Shown piece by piece: positions 24,931 through 36,724 of a DNA stretch of 64,000 nt (position 1 is the stretch's first letter; every line of letters starts with the position of its first letter). The stretch is from Gonapodya sp. JEL0774 (taxonomy: Eukaryota), in NCBI GenBank assembly GCA_027604505.1, contig JADIIX010000048.1, positions 1 to 64,000 on the forward strand. The letters are read 5' to 3'. The notes under the pieces were generated by a model, which ran no database searches, was not told where the DNA came from, and was given only the letters and a program-made list of their open reading frames with translations. A program made the translations under genes and the position numbers.

Positions 24931-27169
24931 GAAAGGGATAACCGGGCATAATACTTGGACTCATATAGAATGACAAATCTGCACTGTAAAATACATGTTT
25001 CTGAAGACGAAGTGTTGAGACCAAAAAATTCCTATCTTAACATCAAGGCGCTCCTGTTTGCTCTTCTCACGACAGTTTGATCTTCTCACGGACAGGGACC
25101 TAGGACGGTGCTCCCATCCACAATGTCACCCACGCCAATTCACTAGTATTCTTCTCGCACCTCTCATTCGTCGCCAGGCCGACTCTTGCACAATGATTCG
25201 CCCACCGTTGGCTCAAGAACAAAACTATGACTGTTATATCTTGTACCCCCTCAGCTAATTCGTGCCATCAACAAACTCGTGACTTCGTGGGTTGCAAAGG
25301 ATCAAATCCAATGGATTTTCTATTTTAAAGATTACGCAGCTACGTCAAATGTACAGTTCTCTGACTCTCTCCAAACTCATGTCATCCTCTCCACCTTCTT
25401 CGTCATACCCGAATCGAAACTTCACATGAAACTGACCAAAACAATACAGGACGCCGCCCCACTGTCTGTGTAGATGCCAGGTGCTTCACATCCTCATTCA
25501 TCAGATTTGAATCCCTGCCACTTCGACCCTGGCGACACCCGAGTTCATCTCAATACACAGATAACTGGTACCCACCCGAACTTTTGCTTGTGATCTTGTA
25601 CACCCTGGACAGAGAATGCTCACCCGAAATTGCAACAGAGAGTGGCAAGCCCAAAACTCACTATTTCCTCAACAATGACATCAGCAGCCAATGGCCAGCG
25701 ATCAGTCGACGACTTTGTTTCTCCTGGAGAAGCGGGTGCCTGACCGGATGCAGGTCAGCATGGGAAGGTACAGCGACTTAATGTAGATGTCATAGAGTAA
25801 ATAGCAAACGGACTCACCATAATTACCACTGACCCGGATGCGGAAAGAATGAGAGGTAAACATGGAGGTAGCAGGCTATGCCAGCAGAGCCGTGGGATGT
25901 CGTCGTCGTCGTCGTCTTCACCCGCACCAACTTGACTCTCGAGGGGTTCATCTTTGGTCCGCGAGGACCTGGCAACAATGGCGTGGGCCGCGGCGGGGTA
26001 CCTTTCAACGGATGGTGGACATCCGTGCAAGTTCCGGCACGGTCTCTTATCGCATTGCCTTAAGATGATATGAGTCTCGAGCAGTCATCAGTTGGTGGGG
26101 ACAGGATACGTGGTTGGCGTTCTTGAACGTCTCGTAGATCGGCATGAGTCCTTGTGACGAAGCAAGGCGGTGGGAAGATGAGCGAGCGAGTGCAGTGAGC
26201 AAGGCATACTCTGTGATTCCATGTTTACCTTGTAATATGTAAGATATGAGTGGTAGTCCAGAATGTCCAGAGGGAGACAGCATCCATTCCAAAAGAGCGC
26301 GCTAGGACAAGAGCAGAAGGGAGTTGGGCCACAAACAAAATCACAAACTTCAAAAGGTGATTGGGGATTGATTAGAGAAGCTTCATACAGATGGCGGCGT
26401 GGGCGTGAAAGACGATGCTTGGGGAAACACAGAGCGCCGAACGTTCCAAATGTCTGCTATGACCAGCCAAGGGTATAGTATCTCTGCCACCATGCTGTGC
26501 ATGCCACTACTTCTCCGTCCGCTTTCCTCATGGGCGTAAATACTCGCTGTCCGTCAAGAGTCCCGAAAGCCAATTTGTCCTCCGCAGCCAGTCTTCTACG
26601 ACGTGGAGAGGCAGCTTTCGCTGGCAGCAGAAGTCATTACGAACCTGCACACGGTCTGCGCCTGCAAAGTTCGGCCGCCCATATTATGAACAGTACAAGT
26701 TAGTGAAATTGACCTGTTCGTTCAGCACCCGCCCAACTGCGGTTATGGGGTGCCGGCCATGCACCAAGCTCAGTGACATCCATGTTTCACAAAATTACTT
26801 GTATGCGCTCAAATTTGCACCTTCATTCATTGTCGACGGTAATTTCGAGCTTGTACTGATACAGGTGCCGCGTTGCTCCCGTCGGCGTCTGTCCATTTCA
26901 ACCTCTCTCCGCCCTTTGAATGTGCAAATTAAAACGACACGTAAAAAAGGCCAAACTTGTACACAAGGCGCATTTTTACTGTTTTAGCGGGAATGCGTTT
27001 ACAGTAATTGCGTCCTCCGTGTCCCCGGTTTCGTCGTCACTTCATGGTGTCGCAATGTGTGCTTGATTTGCGAGGATAGCGTTTGCCTGGATTCTCCACT
27101 GGAACAAATAAACCGAACTGACCGTTGTCAAATCGTGGTGCTGCCTTTGTCCCCACGTCCGTCTGTTCG

Positions 27170-29785
27170 ATGCCAGTCGCCTCTGGCCCCCCCCCGCTGC
27201 CCCACTTTGTCCAAGAGCGCTCACCTCCTCCGGACGTAGAGCCAGCACCCTGCGCACCTGCAGCGCTCCCACTCGGTCTGCGTGCTACTCTGCATGATAC
27301 GACTGGAATTGGCGGTGAAATTGGTGGGATTGGAATAGAAACAGATGCGATTGATGGGATCGGAGGGGTCGGTGGTATCGATGACACGGGAACTGGGAGC
27401 GGCGTGGCCACCGGGACACGCGAGAATGCAATCGACATCACTGAAACTAGTGGGGGGGCTGGCCTGCTCACTACACCATACAACACGTCGCACACGAGAG
27501 ACCCCGACCTCAGAGGGAGTCGCTCACCCACTCCCGTCTCTCTCCCCTTCCTCCACCCGTTTATCCACCCCATCACGCCCGCACCCGCTCTGCCGCTGCT
27601 CTCTCACCACGTGCCAGTGTCCCACCCCCTCCCTTACACCCGCAACACCGACCTCCCTGCCTCAATGTTCCCCTTTCCGTCGCCGTATCCGCTTCCCCCA
27701 CTCATCAACTCTCCCGACCCCTCTCTCTCCCTCGACAGGGGTCACCATCATATCCTGCACACTTCTCCTGCACCCGTTCTGGCGCCTACTCCTATCCCTC
27801 CTTCTGCACCCCTTCCCTCCCACCCGCTTCCCACACCCCCTACTCGACCCACTCCCTCCCACCACCACCGCCTCTCATCGTCCCCGTACCCGTACTCTAT
27901 CCCTCACTCCACTGCAACCCTCTCCTCGCACTCCCACCCATCCCATCCACCAGGACCCGGCCCTGGCTCCGGCTCCGCATCGGGTCAGGGTCCGAGCCCA
28001 AACCAGCAGTCGCCGGGCCATACTGGTCGACAGGGATCGCGGAGTCCGCGGGTCGTGGGGCACGCCAGGGGTAGCTCTTTGGGGAGGGTTAAAGGTGTTG
28101 GAGGCGGTGGGGTGGAAGGAGGCCATGCCACCACGGGGACAGGCGCCGGCACAAGTGTTGCGGTTGCTGCCGTAGTGGACTGGGGCGATGACGGGTTTGG
28201 TGTGGCCGGTGGGGCGGAGGGCGAGGGGGAGAGTGGGAGGGGCAAGGGCAGGGGAAGGGAAAGGAACAAGGGGAGAGAGCGAGATTTTGAGAAGGAAAGG
28301 GAGAGGAAAAGAGAGTGGGAAAGAGAGCAGCAGATGGACCAGGAGATGGGCCCGACCCTTTCCTTACGACCACTCGTTGACAACACGCATGCTCCCGTCG
28401 TGGACATGGACGTGTCCATGAGTGGCACCCGCAACCCGGATTTGGACCGTAGCGAAAGTGGACAGGAGGTGTTGGTGGACTTGGATACGGCGACGGGGCG
28501 GGTGGCCCCCCAGGTAGGGGCGGAGGGCCCAGGAGGCAACGGAACCCCACCTGCCACCGTGTCTGTACACGCACTGACCGCGGTGTCCTCTATCTCCCAT
28601 GGTGGCGGCTCCAACGATGCGACGGCGAGCGGCGGTGACCTAGGCGGCAGGGAGCCTCCGTTGACAGGTCTTGCGCACTGGGAAATGCAGAGGGCAGTGT
28701 GGAAGCAGGTTGGTTGGGGACGACATTAGGATGCAGGGTGGGAGGAGAGATTGGAGGAGAGAAATTTTGGTGGCGACGGGGGAACCAAAGTGTGCCGGGA
28801 GGCAGAGGGCCTACGGTCGAAGTGCTGGCGGTCTGTTTTGCGGCTTGACCACATGTCAAGCGGAGGAAACGAGGGAATGGGCGCGTTCGTGTTTGCGCCC
28901 ATCACCGAACTTTCACGCACTCCTGTGCTGCGTGTGATCCCGTTGCGTTGGGTCCCTTGGTGGGGATAAGTTCCCAATGTCATGTACACGTGTCTCACAC
29001 TTTGCTCCTCTCAGGGTCACGTACCGTACGATCCGCACGCCAGCGCGGGGATGGATTACAGTGAGTCTGAATCTTGTAGTTCGCGGTTCGCAGGGACCCT
29101 CACCTACCGTTCCTTCTCTTCTACTTCACCACCATCACCCCGATTCCGCGGACCTCTTCTCTCCCATACACACCGGACGACCTGCACGGTGTTGTCCCGC
29201 TAAAATGTAGAACGCCACGACTTTTTGGCGGATGTGGAACTCTCGCATTTCGACGCGATTTACAACTCATTGGTTCAGGCGCAGAGGAAGTTCACGAGGT
29301 GAGCGAGACTTGTACGTCGCGATATGTGAATCGACAATCAAGGTTGTGCAGACGTCGCGTGGTTTGGCGAGAGTGGGTGAAAGGGTACTATGAGGCTGCA
29401 CCGTAAAATGTGGCTTCGTGTTGGAGTCGTGTTCCCAATGGCCTTTCCTGTTACTAACGGTGTTGTTTATGACTGCTCCAAACGCTTCTTTTCCCTGTAT
29501 GCCTGTCTAGACCCATGCCCCTCGATTTCGTGTCTGCTGTTTTGGTGCACGTGCGTACAAACTCGATGACCTGCTCTGCCCTGTTTCATCTTTCTACTCA
29601 CCTGCCCTAACCTGCCACCACCCTACCACCAACTCCCATGGTCCATGCTCCTCTCTCCGACTCATATCATACCGCAGGGATGGCGCAAAGAAGGACTCTT
29701 CGCAAGCGTATCCGGAAACGAATCGGAGAGTGATGTTGATGCGTCTGCCGAAAAGCGCCGGGCTGCTGGTGGTGCTACTGGGTAA
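27170..29785 (+). CDS. DUF4050 (Gag1-like clamp) domain protein with a long low-complexity N-terminus
   Basis: Long exon to 28708 (GLAHWEMQRAVWKQ), then short exons 29015-29060, 29211-29298, ~29511-29550 and ~29678-29785. These give FDAIYNSLVQAQRKFTRPMPLDFVSAVLVHGWRKEGLF, the DUF4050 pattern G...W...R..W ... IY..L....F..P.PL...V..LV.GW..EG. The start codon is uncertain. Confidence 0.8.
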
Positions 29786-30007
29786 AGGATCCGTGTGACT
29801 TCCTTGAAAGACAGAAAGGTTTGCACCTTGGGAGGACGGGTACTGACACGATTTTCCGATTTGGGATGTTTCCCAATGTGCGTTTCACACTCTACAGTTT
29901 TACCAAGTTTATGAGTATTTGTGATCCGTATGTGAATATAAATTTTGCGAGGTAAAGGATTTGGGTGGAGTCAGACGACACGACTGAAAGGTCACTTCGA
30001 ACTTCAA

Positions 30008-32559
30008 ATGCTGGAAGCATTCGTCATCCTCACCCGGGGCGGTTTCGTCCTCTGGGCCTGGCCATTCACACTCTACGTATCTCCATCCTTCGCCTCCACT
30101 GCATTCTCCCTCTCCTCTGCCGCATCCACTGCAACCGCGACTGCCATCAATGCAGCCGTGACAGCGCTGATTCACAATGTACTGATCGAGGAGAAAGGGG
30201 GAAGCAACGTCTACCATCCGCCCAATAGTCAGTATGAGCTGAGATGGAAAGCGGAGAATCATATGGGATTGTTGTTCGTGGTGAGTGTGCGGTTTGGAGG
30301 AGCGTGTGGTGAAGACACCACAAAGCTCGTCCCAAAGGGTTCTTTTGCCGCGATTACGATGCAACTCTACTCTATTTCTCAATGAACCCTGTCGCTCTGC
30401 CGCATGTCAGGCCGTCTACGCAAAATCCCTGTACCTCACCTACATCGAAGAACTGCTGGAATCCGTCAAGAAATCGTTCGTGGCGCTGTATACCGAAATG
30501 CGCGGGAAGGATGCCGAGGCAGCAGTAGCGGGTGACTACCATATGGCGTTTGATGAGAAGTTCAATAAGATAAGGACGAGGTTGGAACATAAGGATTTGG
30601 AGGTGAGTTGAGCAACGTGGTACAAGAGGGAATCCCTGCCACACCAAACGCAGAATGCGTCATGCAATTAAATCCTTGATGTCATAACGGATGCAGAGTC
30701 GAAACTCGAAAGCACTCCGGTCACAGTCTTCCAAAGACGCCCCCTTTGGTGTGACCGGTCCCAGCAACCACGCTGCCAACGGCGGCACAGAATCACAGTC
30801 GGACGTGGATGAATTAGCTGCTGTGTCGAGTGGGTCCCCCGGTGGACTAAGAGGCAAACTACCGCCACCAAGAGGACGAGGTGGACATCGGGGGAAAGCC
30901 GGAGCGATGGCCAGTCGTGCTGCGCCATCCCCACCAGCTGAGAAGTGGGTTCCCATTGCTTATGTAGATTGACTAACGTTGATTTTGACGCGGTGCTTTT
31001 AATTATCAAATTGGAAACAGGAAGAAGCGTGGTCCTCGAGTATGGGAGGACGGGAAAGTCTCCAAGCAAATGGAGCAGGAACTGGATAGGAGCAAGACAG
31101 TTGATACGGATGGCGAAGAAATGGATGAACGGCAGCAAGGTGCTCTGAGGAGTCAGTGGGTGAGTTCCGGTAACAGCCAATGGTCGCTTGGTTGTTTTGG
31201 ATGACACCTCAACACTAACCATATTGGCCAGATCGACGAGGCATCGCTCGGCCGAAAAACCGCTGATGGGTACTACGAAGCCGCGGACTTGGTTGCCGCT
31301 GCTCCTGCCGCCCGCCGGGTCCAGGGCACAGGGACGGATGCCGATGACGAAGACGAATCTCAAGATGAAGCAGAAGGTGTGAACGGGACTAACTCGATCG
31401 CCGCCAGTTCTTCGTCAGGAGTGTTTTCTTTCTTCCGGAGTATGGCTGCGGGTGGTCGAACGCTTTCGGAGGCCGACTTACACCCTATCATGGTCAAGGT
31501 CAAGGAACACCTCATCAACAAAAACGTGGCGGCAGATATTGCCCAGAATCTTTGTGACTCGGTGATGAAAGCGCTTGTGGGGCAGAAGATTGGATCCTTC
31601 CAGCGAATCACCGCGGTGGTCAATGACCAAATAGAACTTTCGTTGCAACGCATCCTCACTCCCAAGTCTTCCACTGACGTCCTCCGTGACATTTTTGCCG
31701 CCCGCGCGGAACGCCGTCCATATACTATCGTATTCTGTGGCGTGAACGGAGTGGGCAAATCCACCAATCTCGCCAAGGTAGTTTTCCTCCTTCAGCAAAA
31801 TGGATGCAAGCCCCTCATCGTTGGTGGCGACACATTCCGATCAGGTGCAGTGGAGCAACTCAAAGTTCACGCAAGAAACTTGAACGCACTGTCAAGTGGG
31901 AGCAAAGTCGAGTTGTACGAGAAGGGGTACGGAAAAGACCCCGCGGGCATCGCAAAGGAAGCGATCGCCTATGGTGAGAACTCCCAATTCCCTTTTATCT
32001 TGTTTGTTGGGTGGAGGGCTGAGAGTGCTACGATATCGTTTCAGCAACAGCGAACGGGTTTGATGTGGTGCTCGTCGACACGGCTGGCCGGATGCAAGAC
32101 AATGAACCTCTTATGAGAGCCCTCGCAAAGGTGAATCAATTGACTTGCTTTCGCGATTAATGAGCGTGTTTACCCATGGCCGCTCTGTCGTTCCAGCTAG
32201 TCACGATGAACAGCCCCGACAAAATTATATTTGTTGGTGAAGCCCTCGTCGGCAACGAAGCGGTCGACCAACTCACAAAGTTCAACCGTGCCTTGCGCGA
32301 CTTCTCTGGCGTTCAGAATCCGAGACAGATTGACGGAATAATTCTCACCAAGTTTGACACCATAGATGAGAAGGTGAGACACGGGGTTCTCATTCAATTT
32401 CTTCACCTTTGCAGACTTAACACGTTCATGTAGGTCGGAGCTGCCTTGTCCATGACGTACATCACGGGACAGCCAATTTTGTTTGTCGGCACGGGTCAGA
32501 CATACACTGATTTGAAGCGTTTAAATGTGCGAGCCATCGTACAGACGTTGTTACGCTAG
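30008..32559 (+). CDS. SRPRA: Signal recognition particle receptor alpha subunit
   Basis: N-terminal longin start [16 protein letters not shown] and [19 protein letters not shown] GTPase motifs [41 protein letters not shown] and [14 protein letters not shown] at 32557-32559. Confidence 0.97.
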
Positions 32560-32749
32560 AGTTTCTGTGTCGTGGTGATTGTTCTCATGATAATACATGA
32601 AATGAGAGTAAATGTCCGTACAGTGTGTCCCGATATATACTGAGAGCTCTGAGGGTATCAACCAAAACTCTATGTGTGACAGTATGTCACTTACGTCAGC
32701 CCCGTGCAGCACTGCCGAGAAAAAAAACCTGTGAATTGATATCAAAATG

Positions 32750-34236
32750 TCAGTGTATCGAATTCCCTACTGAGAATCCCTGCGGTCGCATACGTACAGC
32801 AAGTTCATAAAACGTAAACATGATGGCGGCGTTTGGTACCACCCGTATCAGATGTGTAGACATTCCGCCGTACAATCCCCTAAAACTCTCCTCTCGATAT
32901 ACCGTTTTGAACGTCTGGACGAGTCCCTTGTACTTGCTATGCGTTCCGTCCGGCGGTTGTTCCCTCATTCGTGTGCGAACTACTTCGTGGGGATAGGTGG
33001 CGGCGGATGCGAGGAGCTTGGCAGTGGCGGCTACAACAAAAGAATCGACCCAGTCTTTGCACAAGGCAACGAGGACGAGAAATTGGTTCAAGAGTGAGTG
33101 GTAAGAAGGTCCCAACGGACACCTCTGCTTACCCTGTAAGGACGAAAAAGTAGAAGCTGCTCTGGATTCCCTTCTTCGTCGGTCGCGGTACAGTTTCTTC
33201 AGCCACTCGTAGACGACAAACTGGATGGTGGATTCGGAGATGCCCAAGTACGAGGCGGACGTTCCCTTGTAGAGACCGCGGATTCCCTCGTTCCTCACAA
33301 CGGTCTGGAAGCAATGGAAACTATTTCGATACAGACGTTGACCACCGGACTGCAATTGCATCCGCGTTTTGACAAGCCTGCGATGTTCCATGGAAATAGA
33401 TGAGGTAGGTGAACAGGATTAGAATCACCAGAAACCGAAACAATACCCACCAAATAGGACTGGTGATCGTGGCACTCGTCGCTCCAGCTACAGCGGCTGA
33501 CAACATGTGCACCCACGACTCCTCCCTGCCATTCAGCTCCGCCAGCGTTGCTTTAGAGGTACCATATACTCCAAAGTATATTGAACGGGCTGGAATGACT
33601 CCCACTAAGTTCGGCCCAAGTCCCCTCCAAAGTCCTCGTATGCCACCATCTCGGTACACTTCACTGTGTTCAGCAGAAGGATTGGTAACTATTCCAGTAG
33701 CAACTCGCTCGACACCTCCACACGAGACACCCACGAGAGCGCACTCCAGGTAGTGATAAAAGGTGAAAAAAACTTTTGTGCGGGAGTTTTCAATTTCAGC
33801 CGCTGCGTTTCCCTCCACTCTTTATAAAGGGACGACTAGAACGACCATTCGTCAAATGGATGTTCAAATAGCACTCTCACAAATGATTCGGCAACACACC
33901 TGTTGCCGCGTTTTTACTGTGCGGTTCATCATCGAGCGATGTGGTCCATTTTCCATCCATTAATGAAGGGTTCCGGTAAGGAAACGTAGTCCAAAGAGAG
34001 TGAATGGGTTTCGAATCCATGAATCAGACAAGGAAACCCTGGGACCACCACCAATTAAGATCCAAAAACGCACCAACTTCCAACGGGCAGGTGATAGTGG
34101 CCGCAATTGTGCTACCGACGCCTCCAGATATGGCATGTACACCGAAATAAGAAGACGAGGACCTCGTCTTCTGTGGGACCTGCTGAGCAACATTGCGTCC
34201 AGCCGGGCCCATCGAATGCGTTGTCGTCGCAGACAT
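32750..34236 (-). CDS. RIM2: Mitochondrial pyrimidine nucleotide carrier (Rim2/SLC25A33/36 family)
   Basis: Three carrier repeats (TCPLEV|VKTR, TSPIW|LVKTRMQLQ, TYPHEVVRTRMRE) plus Rim2-type GLGPNLVGVIPARSIYF, SASYLGISESTIQFVVYE and HLIRVVPNAAIMF. Includes a ~17-nt microexon near 33900. Confidence 0.92.
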
Positions 34237-34476
34237 GGTCGGCGGCAGGTAGACAGCCGGATGTTTCGGTGTTTCTTCTGCTCACTGCGAACGATTTTGT
34301 GTTCTGTCGTGTGTCGTGTCTTCCAATCTTGACCAAAGTCAGTCCGACACTCCATATCATATGCGACGCCACTCCAGATCCACTCCACCCCATTATATGA
34401 AGGTTCTACGGAGATAGGAAAGTCTGCTCCCAAATTCTGATCTCTCTACACTGCATGCTCGGTGGCCATCATTGCC

Positions 34477-35727
34477 ATGCAGCTGCGAACGATCCTCGCG
34501 GTGCTCGGCCTCGCCAACCTGTTCCTCTTCTTGTACGGACGCTGGAGGGAAACTTGCTCGGATATAGCATCTTGCACCGTGGAACCTCCCAACGTATGTC
34601 TCTTGCCTGCCTGCTTACCACTTTGTCACATCTGTCATCCTTTTTGTGTGTGTCATATCCTATGCAACACGGGGGTGAACCGTCTTGTGACACTCGGCAA
34701 ATGAACCATACCACGCACATTTTTGGTCAAATCGAACTTCGTTGAAAGGATGCGTCATCGTGTGAGGGAGAGACGAAAATACCCCGCCTCGTCCATTTCA
34801 TCTTTGGTTTGTCGCCCGACTTCGGCAAGAAAGGCTTTGGAATAATGCACTACCTTGTCATCAAGGCGGCCCACAAACATATCCGCCCCGACGCCATCTT
34901 TTTTCACCACATTCATCAACCACCGGGTCCGTGGTTTGAGCGTTCCAAGCGCTTCTTGACCATGGCTCCAGTTGATCCCGTTGTCGAAGTATTCGGCAAC
35001 CCCGTCGATAATTTTGCTCACAAAGCGGATATTGTCCGGTTACGAGCTCTCGATCAGCATGGTGGGATCTATTTGGACATTGATGCCCTCGTTTTGAGGC
35101 CATTTGATCCCTTACTGCGACACGACTTTGTGATGGCGCAGGAGGGTGAAGGAGGCCGCGTTGGCTTGGCAAATGCCATAATGCTCTCCAAAAAAGGCTC
35201 CCCTTTTATACGGCGATGGTTTGAGTCTTATAGGACGTTCAACCAGTGAGTGTGCCAGTTCAGGTGGGACGTTTCACGGCATTTTTTTCAACCAATGTCA
35301 CTCTGCCTTGCCACTGTTAAATAGGTCGCTGTGGAACTATCATAGTGTGATGTCAGTCTAAATGCTTCCAATTTCGTACTGTTCTTATGACGAACCTTTC
35401 TGCATTTCATTTGTCTCACTCAGCTTGCCAGGCAAGATGGCTAAATCCTTCCCCGACGATATCACTATCCTCAAGCACTCCCGCTTTTTTCATCCAATGT
35501 GGGACGATGAGAGTCTCTACACGCTGTTTCGGGGAACTTCTTGGGACTTTGCAGAAAACTTTGCAGTGCACATGTGGGAGTCACGCAGCTTCAACAAGTA
35601 TATTGGACCGCTGTCGGTGAGGCGAATCATGAGTGGAAAGAGTAACTTTGACAGAATCTTGCAATCGTTAATCTGGGATGAGATCGACGAACTTCTGGCG
35701 ATAGAAAAACAAAGTTCTTGGTTGTAA
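34477..35727 (+). CDS. Glycosyltransferase family 32 (DxD), type II membrane protein
   Basis: N-terminal signal anchor MQLRTILAVLGLANLFLFLY, IPRLVHFIFGL, AHKADIVRL, GGIYLDID, GLANAIMLS...FIRRW, WNYHSV|LP and FAVHMW. Confidence 0.9.
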
Positions 35728-35819
35728 TACAGTTGAATCCTGAGCCACTGTGGTCTGATCAGTTCCAAATCTTCAACGAGTCAGTTCATCAACCCATCTG
35801 CGTCCGCCATCACTTCTCA

Positions 35820-36471
35820 ATGTCCCGCGGAATACTAGGGAAGAGTATTTTCTACTCTACGTACGTTTTGAGCTGTTAAACCGCTTCAGTCCAAACCCCA
35901 TAACGATTCTTGTCCATAATTATTGGCACCGGATACCACTCTGTTTCAAACTTTACTGAACTCCGACATCACCTTCTTCACCGTCCACGTTGTTGATGTA
36001 TCCGAATTCGTCCGATCATGTCAACTTCGTGCGTTTTACTGGCCCCGATGCCACATCGCACACTCACTTTCGCTCCACCTTCGTTCGCGAACCTATCATC
36101 CCGCACTGCGCGTGGTGCTTCCCCGTCGAGATTGTTTCAACAAACAGTGTGGTCATTGGTGGAGGCTATGTAGTAATGAAGGCTAGCGCACCATCAGACC
36201 AGTGAGCTCCAGTATGACGACACTCCCAAAAAGTAATCATGCAATGCCAAATTGACTTTGCAGGCATATTAAGGAGCAGCTTGACAAAAACCATATCAAA
36301 TATGTTCGTAACAAAGAGAACACGGAGATTTATGCGAACCCCGCCTGATTGCTCCTTCAACCACTTCATCCCTTATCCCTTCGACCGCAGGACTCTCCTG
36401 ACGTCAACAGGCAAAAAAATGAAGCATTAATGGCAGCGCTGAAAGCGGCGTCGCAGAAGGATGCGAAGTGA
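35820..36471 (+). CDS. Cytochrome b assembly factor Cbp4/UQCC3-like microprotein (71 aa)
   Basis: Four exons (35820-35860, 36148-36201, 36264-36303, 36391-36471) with canonical GT/AG give MSRGILGKSIFYSTVVIGGGYVVMKASAPSDQHIKEQLDKNHIKYDSPDVNRQKNEALMAALKAASQKDAK. It has one TM helix followed by K...P.D/E, as in Cbp4. Confidence 0.7.
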
Positions 36472-36724
36472 GATTCCGCTTGTTGCACGTCATGTTGTTT
36501 TGAAAGTTATAGCCCTGAGCCAATTCACTATCTACATTCTTGGAAGACCAATCTGGCTTGAAGACACTACTGGGCGTCCGAGACGATAGCTACTTTGCCC
36601 AAAAAAACCAAAAAAAAAAATGATGCAAAATGTAAAATGCGTACAATAATTTTTGCACACGTCCGAGTGCATGGATCCGATCGGATGGCTGGAATGAGAA
36701 AAGTTGGCAGGCGCTCCCCCGGCC

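Noticed and set aside
27345..28614. Alternative-frame and antisense ORFs over the DUF4050 first exon
   Set aside because: Explained by C-rich/G-rich codon composition; only the 27125-frame splices into the conserved domain.
35861..36147. Possible snoRNA in the longer first intron of the Cbp4-like gene
   Set aside because: No clear C/D box pair (RTGATGA...CTGA) with a terminal stem, and no H/ACA layout.
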